Assembly: GCA_913043255.1 (NCBI GenBank)
Contig: CAJWLK010000009.1
Coordinates: 27,706-91,705 of the forward strand
Direction: 5' to 3'
Length of the DNA stretch: 64,000 bases
Source: an uncultured Gemmatimonadota bacterium
GTDB lineage: Bacteria; Gemmatimonadota; Gemmatimonadetes; Palauibacterales; Palauibacteraceae
Shown: positions 19,481 through 32,753 of the stretch, piece by piece
Layout of the letters: each line of letters begins with the position of its first letter
Position numbering within the stretch: the first letter of the stretch is position 1
Notes under the pieces: model-generated
What the model saw: only the letters and a program-made list of their open reading frames with translations
Database searches by the model: none
What the model was told of the DNA's origin: nothing
Position numbers and translations under genes: made by a program

Positions 19481-19873
19481 GTGAGTGACCCGTACGGGCA
19501 AGCGATAGTCAAACACGGCTTGGAAGATGTTCAACCGAGATATCGGCAATTCCTTCTCGAACTAAAGGCAAAAGACTCCAAAGCTTATGAAGGGGCTGTC
19601 GCACGCTACAAAACGCACGTTGAAGGATCAGACCCGAATTCTGTACTGGATGCATGGGTCGGTTACGGTGCATGGCTAGCAGCTGAGCTAGCGCCCGGAG
19701 AACTGGTCACCATCGACAGAAAAGGACGGTCCCGTCGCGTTGAAGGGACGAAACCGCTAGGGGCCTTACTGATTCAAATTCCTGATGACAATCGGGAACG
19801 GGCGTTACCAGTGACGATCCCTATAAAAGCTAGTACCGCTCAACAGGAAACAGTGGCCCTCTTGTGTCGATGA
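19481..19873 (+). CDS. Hypothetical protein
   Basis: 130-aa ORF co-oriented with neighbours, protein-like composition. Confidence 0.65.
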   Translation: MSDPYGQAIVKHGLEDVQPRYRQFLLELKAKDSKAYEGAVARYKTHVEGSDPNSVLDAWVGYGAWLAAELAPGELVTIDRKGRSRRVEGTKPLGALLIQIPDDNRERALPVTIPIKASTAQQETVALLCR

Positions 19874-20088
19874 GATGATCAATTCTAGCAGGATCGTAAG
19901 TGCCGACTGCTTTCTAGGGTTGAAAAAATAATCGGTTTACGAGCTGGATTTTTGCACAGTTACTTGAAACCGGTTCGTACCTTCCGCACTATCCAAACAT
20001 TCTCCGAAAATCCTACCTCGAGCGTAGGGCAAGTCCCCGGGCTCACGAATGCCTCACCGGCTGACGATGAGGAAGAGGAGGCAATGCA

Positions 20089-22614
20089 GTGACGCAAGGC
20101 ATCGTACAGGGCGAGCGCATCAAACCTCGGTTGCTGGAAGACGAGATGCGCGACTCGTTCATCGACTACTCAATGAGCGTGATTGTACAACGTGCGCTAC
20201 CCGATGCGCGCGACGGACTTAAACCGGTCCACCGCCGGATTCTTTATGCCATGCGCGAAGAGGGACTGCACCCCTCAAGTCCTTACAAAAAGAGTGCAAC
20301 CGTCGTAGGTAATGTACTAGGTCGTTATCATCCCCACGGTGACAGTGCCGTCTACGACACGATCGTTCGAATGGTACAAGAATTTTCGCTTAGATATCCG
20401 TTGGTTGATGGACAGGGAAACTTCGGGTCCATAGACGGTGATTCTGCAGCAGCCTATCGGTATACCGAAATTCGGATGACTGCGTTAGCCGTTGAACTGC
20501 TCACGGATATTGACCGTAACACCGTTGATATGCGCCCCAATTTCGATGGCCGCCTCACCGAGCCGGAAGTGCTTCCTTGTCGTTTACCGCACCTCCTCCT
20601 CAACGGTTCAGATGGTATTGCAGTCGGCATGGCTACGAAGATTCCACCACATAACGCTGTCGAACTTCTGCTCGCCGTAGATCATCTCATTGGTAAACCA
20701 GAGTGCGATGTGGACGACCTTATCAGCCTCCTGCCGGGTCCAGATTTTCCAACCGGCGGCTACATCTGGGGACGAGAAGGCATCGAAAATGCGTATCGAA
20801 CCGGCCGCGGACTCCTCGACATGCGCGCTAGAATTCACTGTGAAGAGGGCAGGTTCGGAAAGAGTTCATTGGTCGTCACAGAACTCCCGTACCAAGTGAA
20901 CAAGACCCGCATAATCGAACAAATTACGCGCCTTGTCCGCTCGGGTCGGGCCGACACAATCACAGACCTTCGAGATGAGTCGGACCGCGATGGAGTACGG
21001 TTGGTGATCGAACTCAAAAGGGATGCGAAGCCAGAGAAAGTCCTCTCCATTCTATTCAAGAAAACACAGCTCCGGTATACATTCGGCGTCATCATACTAG
21101 CGCTAGTCGATGGCAGACCTGAGGAACTGGATCTCAAACAAACGTTGGAGACCTGGGTCGATCACCGCCTCACCGTCATTCGCCGACGTGCGGCCCATGA
21201 CCTCTCTGTAGCAGAAGACCGAGCTCACGTCGTCGATGGCCTTCTTCTCGCCCTCGATGATATCGACCGTGTAATCGAAATTATCCGTGGCTCCAGGAAC
21301 CCCGAATCTGCGAGGAATAAGCTTCGGAAAGAGTTTAAGCTGAGCGAAAAACAGGCAGACGCCATTCTGGCGATGCGGCTCGCGCAGCTCACAGGGCTTG
21401 AACACCGCAAACTCCTCGAAGAACTCAAGGGCCTTCATCAAAAGATAGATCATCTTACTGAACTCGTCGACAACGAGTCTGCGCGGCGAACCTTCCTGAG
21501 AGAGGAGATTCAGGAACTCACTGTACAATATGGCGACCCTCGACGAACCCAGATTCTCAAAAGTGACACTCCATATAAACTCACTCGTAGTACCGGCGAT
21601 GAATCATACTTGGTACTTGTGAGCCGGAAGGGGTACGTGAAAACTCAAGTTCCCGAAGATTTTTCCACGCTAGCGGGTGCTGACGCGCTGTCGGCCCGCG
21701 AGGGCGACTTTGCCCGGGACGCGTTTCTTTGCCGCGGGACACACACACTTCTCATAGTAACAGCTCATGGACATGTACACGCACTTCCCGTCTCTGCACT
21801 GCCACAAGGGACACGTAGTTCGCGGGGTAAGCGACTAGACAACTTTGTAAAACTCGCACTCGGCGATGAAATTGTGTCCGTAAGCGCGGTAGATGAATTC
21901 TCGCCAAACCGTTTCCTCGTTGCGGCCACTCGTCAAGGCCAAATCAAGCGTTCTGCGCTTTCAGAGTATGGCAACGCTAGAGCAAACGGGATCATCGGCA
22001 TGGGCTTAAATCGGGGCGACGAGATCGTATCTGCTTTTTTGACGGATGGCGATACCGACCTCGTCTTCGCCACTCGATCCGGACAAGCCATCCGCTTCCC
22101 TGAAACTGCGACCCGACCCATGGGACGAACCGCTCGAGGTGTCAAAGGAATCGATCTTTCAGGTAGCGATGTCGTAGTCGGGGCACTGGCGCCGCGTACG
22201 GATAGCGATCTTTTAGCTGCAACAACCGGCGGATATGCAAAACGGATCCCTTTTACGGAGTTCAAGACGCAAGGGCGAGCGGGGAAAGGGCTGCCAATCC
22301 TCCCAGACCTTCCAGAAGCGGATCAGCTTGTGGGACTCCTCGAGGTAGATTCAGGAAATCGGATAGCATGGGAACTATCCGACGGAACCCTGGAGATGAC
22401 ATCGGTCGATTCCGTGATCAGACGTGCACGGCGGGAAGCGAGCCGACCCGTCATCGATCTAGCACTTGATGTCGCCGCAGAGGCAGTACACCCGATTCAG
22501 ATGAAGGAAATCCCTATAACTGCGGGAGAGCCAGAAACCGATCCAGAAAACCCGGAGACTTCTCATGAGGGAAGCGAAAAACGAGCACAGGTGGAACTTG
22601 GTCTGGATGTCTAG
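20089..22614 (+). CDS. gyrA: Type IIA topoisomerase A subunit, GyrA-like but lacking the GyrA-box (possibly ParC-like in function)
   Basis: [29 protein letters not shown], catalytic Tyr in AAYRYTE, beta-pinwheel CTD; QRRGGKG absent from blade 1. Confidence 0.9.
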   Translation: MTQGIVQGERIKPRLLEDEMRDSFIDYSMSVIVQRALPDARDGLKPVHRRILYAMREEGLHPSSPYKKSATVVGNVLGRYHPHGDSAVYDTIVRMVQEFSLRYPLVDGQGNFGSIDGDSAAAYRYTEIRMTALAVELLTDIDRNTVDMRPNFDGRLTEPEVLPCRLPHLLLNGSDGIAVGMATKIPPHNAVELLLAVDHLIGKPECDVDDLISLLPGPDFPTGGYIWGREGIENAYRTGRGLLDMRARIHCEEGRFGKSSLVVTELPYQVNKTRIIEQITRLVRSGRADTITDLRDESDRDGVRLVIELKRDAKPEKVLSILFKKTQLRYTFGVIILALVDGRPEELDLKQTLETWVDHRLTVIRRRAAHDLSVAEDRAHVVDGLLLALDDIDRVIEIIRGSRNPESARNKLRKEFKLSEKQADAILAMRLAQLTGLEHRKLLEELKGLHQKIDHLTELVDNESARRTFLREEIQELTVQYGDPRRTQILKSDTPYKLTRSTGDESYLVLVSRKGYVKTQVPEDFSTLAGADALSAREGDFARDAFLCRGTHTLLIVTAHGHVHALPVSALPQGTRSSRGKRLDNFVKLALGDEIVSVSAVDEFSPNRFLVAATRQGQIKRSALSEYGNARANGIIGMGLNRGDEIVSAFLTDGDTDLVFATRSGQAIRFPETATRPMGRTARGVKGIDLSGSDVVVGALAPRTDSDLLAATTGGYAKRIPFTEFKTQGRAGKGLPILPDLPEADQLVGLLEVDSGNRIAWELSDGTLEMTSVDSVIRRARREASRPVIDLALDVAAEAVHPIQMKEIPITAGEPETDPENPETSHEGSEKRAQVELGLDV

Positions 22615-22742
22615 CAGACCCTGGAGATCCGCACAGGATGTCAGATGATCATTCGACCTTCGGGAGAGTATCTCGCCACCCGCTATAAGAGTGTGGTGAA
22701 CAACCAAGAAACTCCCAAAGGGTGTTTCAACTGGGGTATGAC

Positions 22743-24473
22743 ATGAGCAGAACCGTTGGAGATCCGCTAGCCCATGATTCGATCGCGGCAAGCGATGAGG
22801 AGGGAAGCAGGTATCGCGCTGGTGTCTACGAGCCAATAGACGAATCCACTCTAGAAGATGCACCTGATGGTGGATCGTACCCCGTGCGCGGACATGGTCC
22901 AGCTTTCAAAAAAGGCCCCAAAGTCCCACGCGTGCCTAAATTACGACATATTTTGGGGCCTTCGGTTATTGCGCTCGGCATGGGTCTCGGTAGCGGAGAG
23001 TTCCTATTGTGGCCAAATCTCGTAGCCGTAAACGGCTACGGAATATGGTGGTTGTTTTGGGTGGGCGTACTTACCCAATTCCTTATGATCAGCGAGATAG
23101 AACGCTGGACATTGGCAACGGGCGAATCGACCTTTGCCGGTATGGCACGGCTCGATCGTGTATCTTTCTGGCCTTGGTTTCTATTGGCCGCAACACTGAT
23201 AAGCTTCTTCTGGCCAGGCTGGGCCTCACAGTCAGCAGAGTTCATAGCACAAATTGTTGCCGCGGTGGGAGGGCCACGTTTCACCTGGCAACCTCTCGCA
23301 ATCCTATTCCTGTCATTTTGTTGGTTTGGGTTGGCGGTCTCGACGTTCGTATACAACGCTCTAGAACGGTTTGAGATTGCACTGGTAGCCGGTTTCTTCC
23401 CTCTGCTGGGAATCACACTGTTAGTGGTGGGCTTAGCCCCCACGGATATGCTCGACCTTGTTGTCGGGGCCGTCTCAATTGGCACAGCGCCACGTGAGCT
23501 TCTAACGGGCGATCAGTTTCCAACGCTTCTGCTTGCAGTAGCCTATGCGGGCACGGGGGGCTGCTTGTTACTTGCCCAGTCTCTGTGGATTCGTGATAAG
23601 GGTTTTGGAATGGCCAGGTACCAGGGTCGAATCGCTGGGATTCGAGGTAAAAACGAACATATCAGTGAAACAGGCTTTGTTTTCGACGCGACCGATGTTA
23701 CGGCACTAGCTCGGTTTCGCGGGTGGATGCGAATTGCAGAACGTGAACTTTTGTTCACGTTCGTGTTACTAACGCTGTTGAGCGTAGTCATCACTTGTCT
23801 TCTTGTGACAACAACGTTGGGAACCAACAATCCTGGCTTAGCTGGTAACCTGACAGGAATGCTTGAACAGGAAAGTGCCGTAATTGAGAGCGTGGGTGGG
23901 CTGTGGCTCCGAGTAGCATTCGTTTTAGGTGGATCACTCGTCATATTTTCTACACAGCTTGCCATCATAGATACTGTGACTCGGATCACCGGAAGTATCT
24001 TCTACGAACGGTATGGCCGAAAAACCACGTTTTGGGATCAAAAACGAACGTTTTTGCTCTTCCTTACGATTCTAGTTCTCGCATCGATGGGAATAATCGC
24101 TGCCTCGTGGTTTGGTGGTGAGGCGCTCGCAGCGCTTCAACCCGACTTCCTATTGCTGATAGCTGGCCCAGCTACCATGACAAGCATGTTCGTGTTTACA
24201 CTTATCGTAGGGTACATGAACATTCGGCGGCTCCCGTCCGAACTTACACCACCTCGATGGAAACGATGGGGGATGCTCTGGGCAGCGATTCTCTGGGGAT
24301 GGTTCACGGCCGAACAATTGTCGAGAACGGTGATGCGTATAGCAGGTGTAGAGAATTCTACAATCGAATCCCTAACGGGTCACCCAATTCGGATCACGCT
24401 ATATGCATTGTGGCTCGGAAGTCTCGTTTGGTTCGCTTCCCGCTTGCTTCCTAGAAAGCCTCGGACAGGCTAA
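22743..24473 (+). CDS. Nramp/APC-superfamily membrane transporter
   Basis: GPSVIALGMGLGSGEFLLWP, ERWTLATGES, about 12 TM helices. Confidence 0.75.
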   Translation: MSRTVGDPLAHDSIAASDEEGSRYRAGVYEPIDESTLEDAPDGGSYPVRGHGPAFKKGPKVPRVPKLRHILGPSVIALGMGLGSGEFLLWPNLVAVNGYGIWWLFWVGVLTQFLMISEIERWTLATGESTFAGMARLDRVSFWPWFLLAATLISFFWPGWASQSAEFIAQIVAAVGGPRFTWQPLAILFLSFCWFGLAVSTFVYNALERFEIALVAGFFPLLGITLLVVGLAPTDMLDLVVGAVSIGTAPRELLTGDQFPTLLLAVAYAGTGGCLLLAQSLWIRDKGFGMARYQGRIAGIRGKNEHISETGFVFDATDVTALARFRGWMRIAERELLFTFVLLTLLSVVITCLLVTTTLGTNNPGLAGNLTGMLEQESAVIESVGGLWLRVAFVLGGSLVIFSTQLAIIDTVTRITGSIFYERYGRKTTFWDQKRTFLLFLTILVLASMGIIAASWFGGEALAALQPDFLLLIAGPATMTSMFVFTLIVGYMNIRRLPSELTPPRWKRWGMLWAAILWGWFTAEQLSRTVMRIAGVENSTIESLTGHPIRITLYALWLGSLVWFASRLLPRKPRTG

Positions 24474-25465
24474 ACGACAGGCGCTGGAACCGCCCCCATC
24501 ATCTTTCTCTCTGTTTCCTCGGCGGTCTGCATCTGGGAAAGATCCAGACTGAAGTCAGGCCGCTCGGGAGGAGCGAGCTTGTCGCATAGCTCCTGAATTT
24601 CCCGTCCAGAAAGGCCCAGTTCTTCGAGATCTTCTTCGGTAAGAGGAGGTACTCCGTCTCGCGATCCGACACCGTCTTTCCCCGCACGCAGTAGTCGACT
24701 GAGAGCTCTTCGCTCACCATAGCTGAGATGTGCACCCAATACGTTATAATCGATCCAGGCTTCGTAAGTGAGCGGTGCTACACGCTGAAGTATACCAGCC
24801 ATCACCCGTCCGTACTCCTGGATCTCCCACTGTGCGTGTGTGTCAACCCGAAGCGTGAGGAAATGGAGCAGGTTGTGGAGATCGATCTTCCAGTACCATT
24901 GCGTGTACGTCGATAGCGGTAAATCGATGCGCGCCAATTCACGGGCTACGTCTTCCCCTAACAACCAACCGTAGGTGTCTGCAGCGTCTTCACGAAGGCT
25001 TTCCCAGCGTTCGATCGCGCCAGCGTAAAGCTCATTTGACGTCGGCGTTGATTGACGACCTTGGTTATTCGAGCTGCTTTGGTGTGCGAAATTCGAATGG
25101 TCTGGTTCGTAAAACAATAACGGGAGGAGACTGTATCTGGCACTCAATTCATTCACCGATGCTGTTCTGTGCCGAATCCACTGGCGAGCCACGAACATGG
25201 GCATCGAACAGTGGAATTTGAATTCCACCATCTCGCTGGGCGTCGTGTGGGCATGTCGCCTCAAGTATCTTACAAGCCCCCTGGTCTGACTGACTTTTCG
25301 TGTCCCGGCTCCGTAGCTCACACGGGCCGCACTTTCGATGTCCTGGTCGGATCCCATGTAATCGACAAGCGCAACAAAACCATGATCCAAGACGGAAAAA
25401 TATCCGCCGAGGATCTCTTCAGCCTCCGGAACAGTTGGTCTCTTCGTTTCCATACGGGTGGTCAA
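24470..25465 (-). CDS. thyX: FAD-dependent thymidylate synthase
   Basis: AARVSY, HTTPSEM, RQWIRHRTASVNELSARY, ARELARIDLP, LRVDTHAQWEI. Confidence 0.96.
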   Translation of the reverse strand: MTTRMETKRPTVPEAEEILGGYFSVLDHGFVALVDYMGSDQDIESAARVSYGAGTRKVSQTRGLVRYLRRHAHTTPSEMVEFKFHCSMPMFVARQWIRHRTASVNELSARYSLLPLLFYEPDHSNFAHQSSSNNQGRQSTPTSNELYAGAIERWESLREDAADTYGWLLGEDVARELARIDLPLSTYTQWYWKIDLHNLLHFLTLRVDTHAQWEIQEYGRVMAGILQRVAPLTYEAWIDYNVLGAHLSYGERRALSRLLRAGKDGVGSRDGVPPLTEEDLEELGLSGREIQELCDKLAPPERPDFSLDLSQMQTAEETERKMMGAVPAPVV

Positions 25466-25532
25466 GTAAAGGTTCGTCGCTTCAGGAGAGGCAGAATATC
25501 GGGACTCGCCATGTCAGCGCCATGGATGGCCC

Positions 25533-27023
25533 TCACTTCGACAGGGTCCTAGAAACGGCTGTTTTCCACCCAGAGTAAAGCTCATCGCGGTGTTCATCCA
25601 TCATCGATGGACTCCATACACAGTCGCTCCTCAAGGTTACCGTGATCTCCTCAAGATCTTGATACACACCCGCTCCAAGTCCAGCTAGCGTTGCGGCGCC
25701 TAGCGCCGTCATCTCCGTTACAACAGGTCGTTCTATGTCTATACTCAGGATATCGCTCAGAAACTGCATGGCCCAACCGTTCTCCGTCAGTCCACCATCG
25801 ACCTTGAGCTTAGACGGTTGTTTTGCACCGTCGGCTTCCATCGCCTCGAAAAGCTCCCGGGTCTGATATGCGATCGCTTCGAGCGCGGCGCGGGCAATCT
25901 CCGCTGGTCCAGTGTCACGGGTCATTCCAAACAATGCACCACGTGCAGCCGTATCCCAGTGTGGAGCCCCAAGCCCAACGAATGCTGGCACGAAATAGAC
26001 ACCGTGCGTCGACTCAAGGCCTGCCGCGAGAGCCTCTGTTTCAGAGGCATTCTTGATAATTCCAAGACCATCGCGGAGCCATTGTACCGACGCACCAGCC
26101 ACAAAAATGCTGCCTTCGAGTGCATACGTAAGAGATCCCTCTAGTTGCCATGCAACGGTAGTAAGCAGACGGTTCTTCGACTCAATTCGCTCATTGCCTG
26201 TATTCAACAGTGCGAACGCACCGGTTCCATATGTGCATTTCATCATCCCTGATCGGAACGCAGCCTGACCGAAAGTTGACGCCTGTTGATCGCCGGCAAT
26301 CCCAGTGATGGAGATGGGGCGACCAAAAATCGCCGCATCAGTGGTACCAAAATCACCCGCCGAGTCCCGGACCTCGGGAAGTAGGGTAGGAGGAACTCGC
26401 AGTGCTTCCATCAGGTCACCTGACCAGCACCCTGCCCGAATGTCGTAGAGCATCGTGCGCGAGGCATTCGATGCATCTGTCGCATGTACTTTCCCTCCGG
26501 TCAGGTTCCAAAGAAGCCACGTATCGATGGTGCCGAACGCGAGTTCACTCTTCTCTGCAGCTTCACGAGCACCTGCAACGGTATCGAGTATCCAAGCCAG
26601 TTTCGTTCCAGAAAAATATGGATCCAACAGTAGCCCTGATCTCTTTTTTACGTGCTCTTCGTAGCCGGCCTCCTTGAGAATCTCACATACGTCTGCGGTC
26701 CGTCGATCTTGCCATACAATGGCGGGAGAAATAGGACGACCCGTATCACGTTCCCATACAACCGTTGTTTCACGTTGGTTCGTGATGCCAATCGCGGCTA
26801 CTAAACTGCCTTCCGCCTCGACCGCTTGGACCACATCGCGCGTCACTTCAATCGCGTCGCGACAAATCTGCTCAGCATCATGTTCGACCCAGCCGGGTTG
26901 TGGATAACTCTGGGCGAGTTCCCGCCGGGACATCTTTTGTGGGAGACCATCGAGGCCGAAGGCTATCGCACGAGTAGAGGTAGTCCCTTGGTCGATGGCG
27001 ACGAGAACTGGACGTTTAGTCAA
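25533..27023 (-). CDS. glpK: Glycerol kinase
   Basis: IDQGTTSTR, GITNQRET, WQDRRT, DPYFSGTK, TDASNASRT, GDQQA, KCTYGTG. Confidence 0.96.
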   Translation of the reverse strand: MTKRPVLVAIDQGTTSTRAIAFGLDGLPQKMSRRELAQSYPQPGWVEHDAEQICRDAIEVTRDVVQAVEAEGSLVAAIGITNQRETTVVWERDTGRPISPAIVWQDRRTADVCEILKEAGYEEHVKKRSGLLLDPYFSGTKLAWILDTVAGAREAAEKSELAFGTIDTWLLWNLTGGKVHATDASNASRTMLYDIRAGCWSGDLMEALRVPPTLLPEVRDSAGDFGTTDAAIFGRPISITGIAGDQQASTFGQAAFRSGMMKCTYGTGAFALLNTGNERIESKNRLLTTVAWQLEGSLTYALEGSIFVAGASVQWLRDGLGIIKNASETEALAAGLESTHGVYFVPAFVGLGAPHWDTAARGALFGMTRDTGPAEIARAALEAIAYQTRELFEAMEADGAKQPSKLKVDGGLTENGWAMQFLSDILSIDIERPVVTEMTALGAATLAGLGAGVYQDLEEITVTLRSDCVWSPSMMDEHRDELYSGWKTAVSRTLSK

Positions 27024-27141
27024 TGATGAGTCGGGTTAAGTGTGAGGTGGGAATCAATAGGCCGCAGATGGACGCATAGGTATAGGACTCTAGAGGACCC
27101 AGCGTAACTGATATGTTGGGGCAGCCTTAGCAAATCCCGGA

Positions 27142-29536
<2,395 letters not shown>

Positions 29537-29540
<4 letters not shown>

Positions 29541-30772
29541 GAAAACAGGCACCCGTTCTGGATCCTCCAATGATCCAAATCGCCACCCCGAAGCGGCACA
29601 TCGCCTGGTTTGGGTGCCGCAAGGATCACCTGTCCTTCTCGGCCGTCATCAAAGAGTGAAAGTAGTCGCTCCGAACGACCTTCATCGAGTTCCGCAAACA
29701 CATCGTCTAGCAAGTATGTCGGTTCCCGATCGAGTCGCTCGCGCAGGCAATCTGCCTCCAGAAGCCTGAGGGCAAGGGCTGCAGTGCGTTGTTGACCACT
29801 TGATCCGTAGCCTCGAAGATCCCGAACTCCCTCCTCGGCGTCGACCAGAAAACGGATCTCATCTCGGTGTGGCCCAACAAGCGTCAGACCACGGGTCCTC
29901 TCACGCTCACGAGTAGCCTCGAGAGCCCTCCGAAACTTTTCCGTCCATGTGGCCAACTCGATTGACTCCATTTCAGGTTCAGAGCCTTTTTTCACGGTGG
30001 CCTCTATTGATGAAGCATACTTAAGGTGCGCAATATCTCCATCCGAAATCGTCGCATAGTGCTGCTGGTATCGGCGCATCCCGTCCTGGACCCACTTCGA
30101 CCGACTTGTAGTCACCACAGCTCCGGCTTCAACCAACCCATCAGTCCAGGCGTCCACCTCATCACTAGTGATCCCGCGGCGGAGCGCTTCGTTTCGTTGG
30201 GTAAGTATATTTCTATACCGCTGAAGTGCGGCAAGATATTTAGGCTCACCAACCGAGAGCGTCATATCGAGAAATCGACGTCTGGATTGTGGGCTTCCCC
30301 GAATAATGTCCACATCTTCAAGTCGAAACACCGCCACCCCTAACGAACCGATACCGTCGGACGCTCGTTCGAGTCCCCGCTCGTTCAATTCCACTTTTTT
30401 GAGCCGACGTGTCCGATCATAAGCTGCCGCCATCGACAACGACGGATCTCCCCCAACTTGGAGTTCCCCTTCAACACGAAAAACCGACTCTCCGAACCTT
30501 ACGAGATCACGATCTCGTACACCCCTGAAAGATCTGAAGACTTCCAGATAGTATATGGACTCGAGAAGATTCGTCTTCCCAGATCCATTCGGCCCGACGA
30601 TCGCGACTCCGACATTGGGGAATTCACATTCCAGATGTTCAAAGTTGCGATAATTGCGTAAGACCAGCCGCCCAAGATGGGGTACGGAGCACGTTGTCGA
30701 TTGGGAAATAGACCGTGCCTCCGCTGTCTTGATCACAGACCCTAAACTACCTCTAAAACCCTTGTGTCGCAA
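29537..30772 (-). CDS. recF: DNA replication/repair protein RecF
   Basis: LRNYRN, GPNGSGKTNLLE, GPHRDE, SSGQQR, LLDDVFAELD; real start probably about 30736. Confidence 0.95.
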
Positions 30773-30856
30773 TGCGATTCAGACGATCCGACTCGAAAAA
30801 TTGAGTTGGAATTACGCTTGCATCGATCTTCAACAGACTTCAGGTTCGAGGAGCCT

Positions 30857-31681
30857 ATGACAACGCTCACTTATTTCTTACGAAGCTCTCTGAGAACCGG
30901 TATTACGATTATATTGGGACTCCTTTTTATTCTCGTGCCAACGGCGAGAGCACAAGATGCTCCACCGGTCCCAACATCGATTCAAGTTGAAGAGCCTAAC
31001 CCGTTGAAGTGGTCTTACCTGGCTGGTGGATTTGTAGTACTGGGAGGACTCGCCCTACTTGATGAGCCTGTACGCAATTTTACAAGCGACTTACAATCGG
31101 ACTTTGGCCGCGACTTCGCTCGAACGGCTACCGATTATGGCAAGGCCACACTAATGGCTCCAATCTTTTTGGGGGGCAGCATCCTTGTCGGAACTATAAC
31201 GGATGGTGGGCAGGGATTTAAACGCGCTGCCGCGGCTGGAATTGGAATGGCTGTAGGAAGCCTTGTCAACGAAACGCTAAACCAAATTGTGGGACGGCGA
31301 AGGCCATCGGAAGAGGTGGGGGCATGGGAGTTTGACCCGCTCCACGGCCACGCTTCGTTCCCTTCAGGACATACGGCATTTACGTTCGCAATCGCTGGTG
31401 CGGTCGATGAAGCAACCGAAGGTTGGGTTGCCATCCCGTTCTATACTGCGGCAACCATAACCGGACTAACCCGTATCTACCTTGACCGCCATTGGCTCAC
31501 AGATGTGGTGGTCGGAAGCTTAATCGGCGTCTGGATGAGCCGGCGTGTTACACGGACCGCAATGCGCCTGTTTAACGCCGACCGACCCACCTCAAGCTCG
31601 CGAAGTGGGGTTCAAGCACTACTCGATCGTATGGAGCCCGTAGCCAGTCCACACTTCCTTGGGGTCCGGGTTCGGTTATAA
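30857..31681 (+). CDS. PAP2-family phosphatase
   Basis: GRRRP, SFPSGH, TRIYLDRHWLTDV; GAGGAG RBS before ATG 30857. Confidence 0.88.
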   Translation: MTTLTYFLRSSLRTGITIILGLLFILVPTARAQDAPPVPTSIQVEEPNPLKWSYLAGGFVVLGGLALLDEPVRNFTSDLQSDFGRDFARTATDYGKATLMAPIFLGGSILVGTITDGGQGFKRAAAAGIGMAVGSLVNETLNQIVGRRRPSEEVGAWEFDPLHGHASFPSGHTAFTFAIAGAVDEATEGWVAIPFYTAATITGLTRIYLDRHWLTDVVVGSLIGVWMSRRVTRTAMRLFNADRPTSSSRSGVQALLDRMEPVASPHFLGVRVRL

Positions 31682-31705
31682 ACGAAGACCCCGTCCGTGT
31701 ACCTG

Positions 31706-32599
31706 TTATCGCAATTTTACAAAGTCAGAGACAGTCGGTTCTTCACCGCTATAGTCGTAGAATCCCTTCCCAGTTTTCCTGCCGTGATATCCAGCTAGAA
31801 ACATACGACGCAAAAGTGATGGGGACGCGAACCGAGCATCCTTGTATTCATCAAACATGATTTTTGTGATGTGATATAGCGTATCCAGACCAACGAAGTC
31901 TCCAAGCGTGAATGGGCCCATCGGATAGCCACAGCCAAGCTTCAGTCCCTTGTCAATATCGGGAATCGAGGCAACACCCGCCTCATATGCTCGAATTGCA
32001 TCAAGCATATATGGTACCAATAATCGGTTGACGACAAAGCCTGTGTTATCACCACATGCGATTGGGCTCTTCCCAATCGCTTCAGAGAACGCAAAAGCGA
32101 GATTGAAGCACTCTTCAGAAGTCTCTCCGCAACGAACAACTTCCACCAGCGGCATTACGGGCACGGGGCTAAAAAAATGAAGACCGACGAACCGATCAGG
32201 CCGACTGGTTCCCGCGGCAAGTTCCGTAATCGACAAACTTGACGTATTTGACGCAAAAATTGTTGTTTCCTTGCAACCTCGATCAAGAGAGGCGAAGAGG
32301 TTTTGTTTCTCCTCCAAATTTTCGACAATTGCCTCAATAATGAGATCGGAATCGGCCAAGTCACCTAGCTGAAGCGTGGGGTGGATACGTCCCATAACAA
32401 CATCGCGATCAGACTCTGTCATATCCCCCTTTTCGACAGCACGATCCAGATTCTTCTTGATCTGCTTCATGCCCCGGTCGAGGAATGCCTGATCTAACTC
32501 ACAAACAACGGGCTCGTACCCAGCTTGCGCACAAATCTGCGCGATCCCACCACCCATCAAGCCACAACCAACAACACCCACTTTTTGTATCTCGCTCAC
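31706..32599 (-). CDS. hbd: 3-hydroxybutyryl-CoA dehydrogenase
   Basis: GCGLMGGGIAQ, EAIVE, ASNTSS, GLHFFSP, GFVVNRLL, PMGPF. Confidence 0.92.
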   Translation of the reverse strand: MSEIQKVGVVGCGLMGGGIAQICAQAGYEPVVCELDQAFLDRGMKQIKKNLDRAVEKGDMTESDRDVVMGRIHPTLQLGDLADSDLIIEAIVENLEEKQNLFASLDRGCKETTIFASNTSSLSITELAAGTSRPDRFVGLHFFSPVPVMPLVEVVRCGETSEECFNLAFAFSEAIGKSPIACGDNTGFVVNRLLVPYMLDAIRAYEAGVASIPDIDKGLKLGCGYPMGPFTLGDFVGLDTLYHITKIMFDEYKDARFASPSLLRRMFLAGYHGRKTGKGFYDYSGEEPTVSDFVKLR

Positions 32600-32753
32600 C
32601 GAATCACTCCTTCTTTGTATTTGTCTCTACTTGTTCTTAAGTAATCAGCCGTGTTACGACTCTCCACAATTCGCTCAGTTTCGGATGCCTTACCGTAATA
32701 AATAGGGATTGGAATGGCTGTTACCATTAAAAGGGGTTGTCATATATAGGCAC

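Noticed and set aside
19874-20091. Short frame ending [10 protein letters not shown] just before the gyrA-like gene (possible remnant of a B subunit gene)
   Set aside because: No topoisomerase motifs; the acidic run is explained by the purine-rich RBS region.
30773-30856. Possible oriC upstream of recF
   Set aside because: The gap is short, I saw no DnaA-box cluster or AT-rich unwinding element, and dnaA/dnaN are absent.
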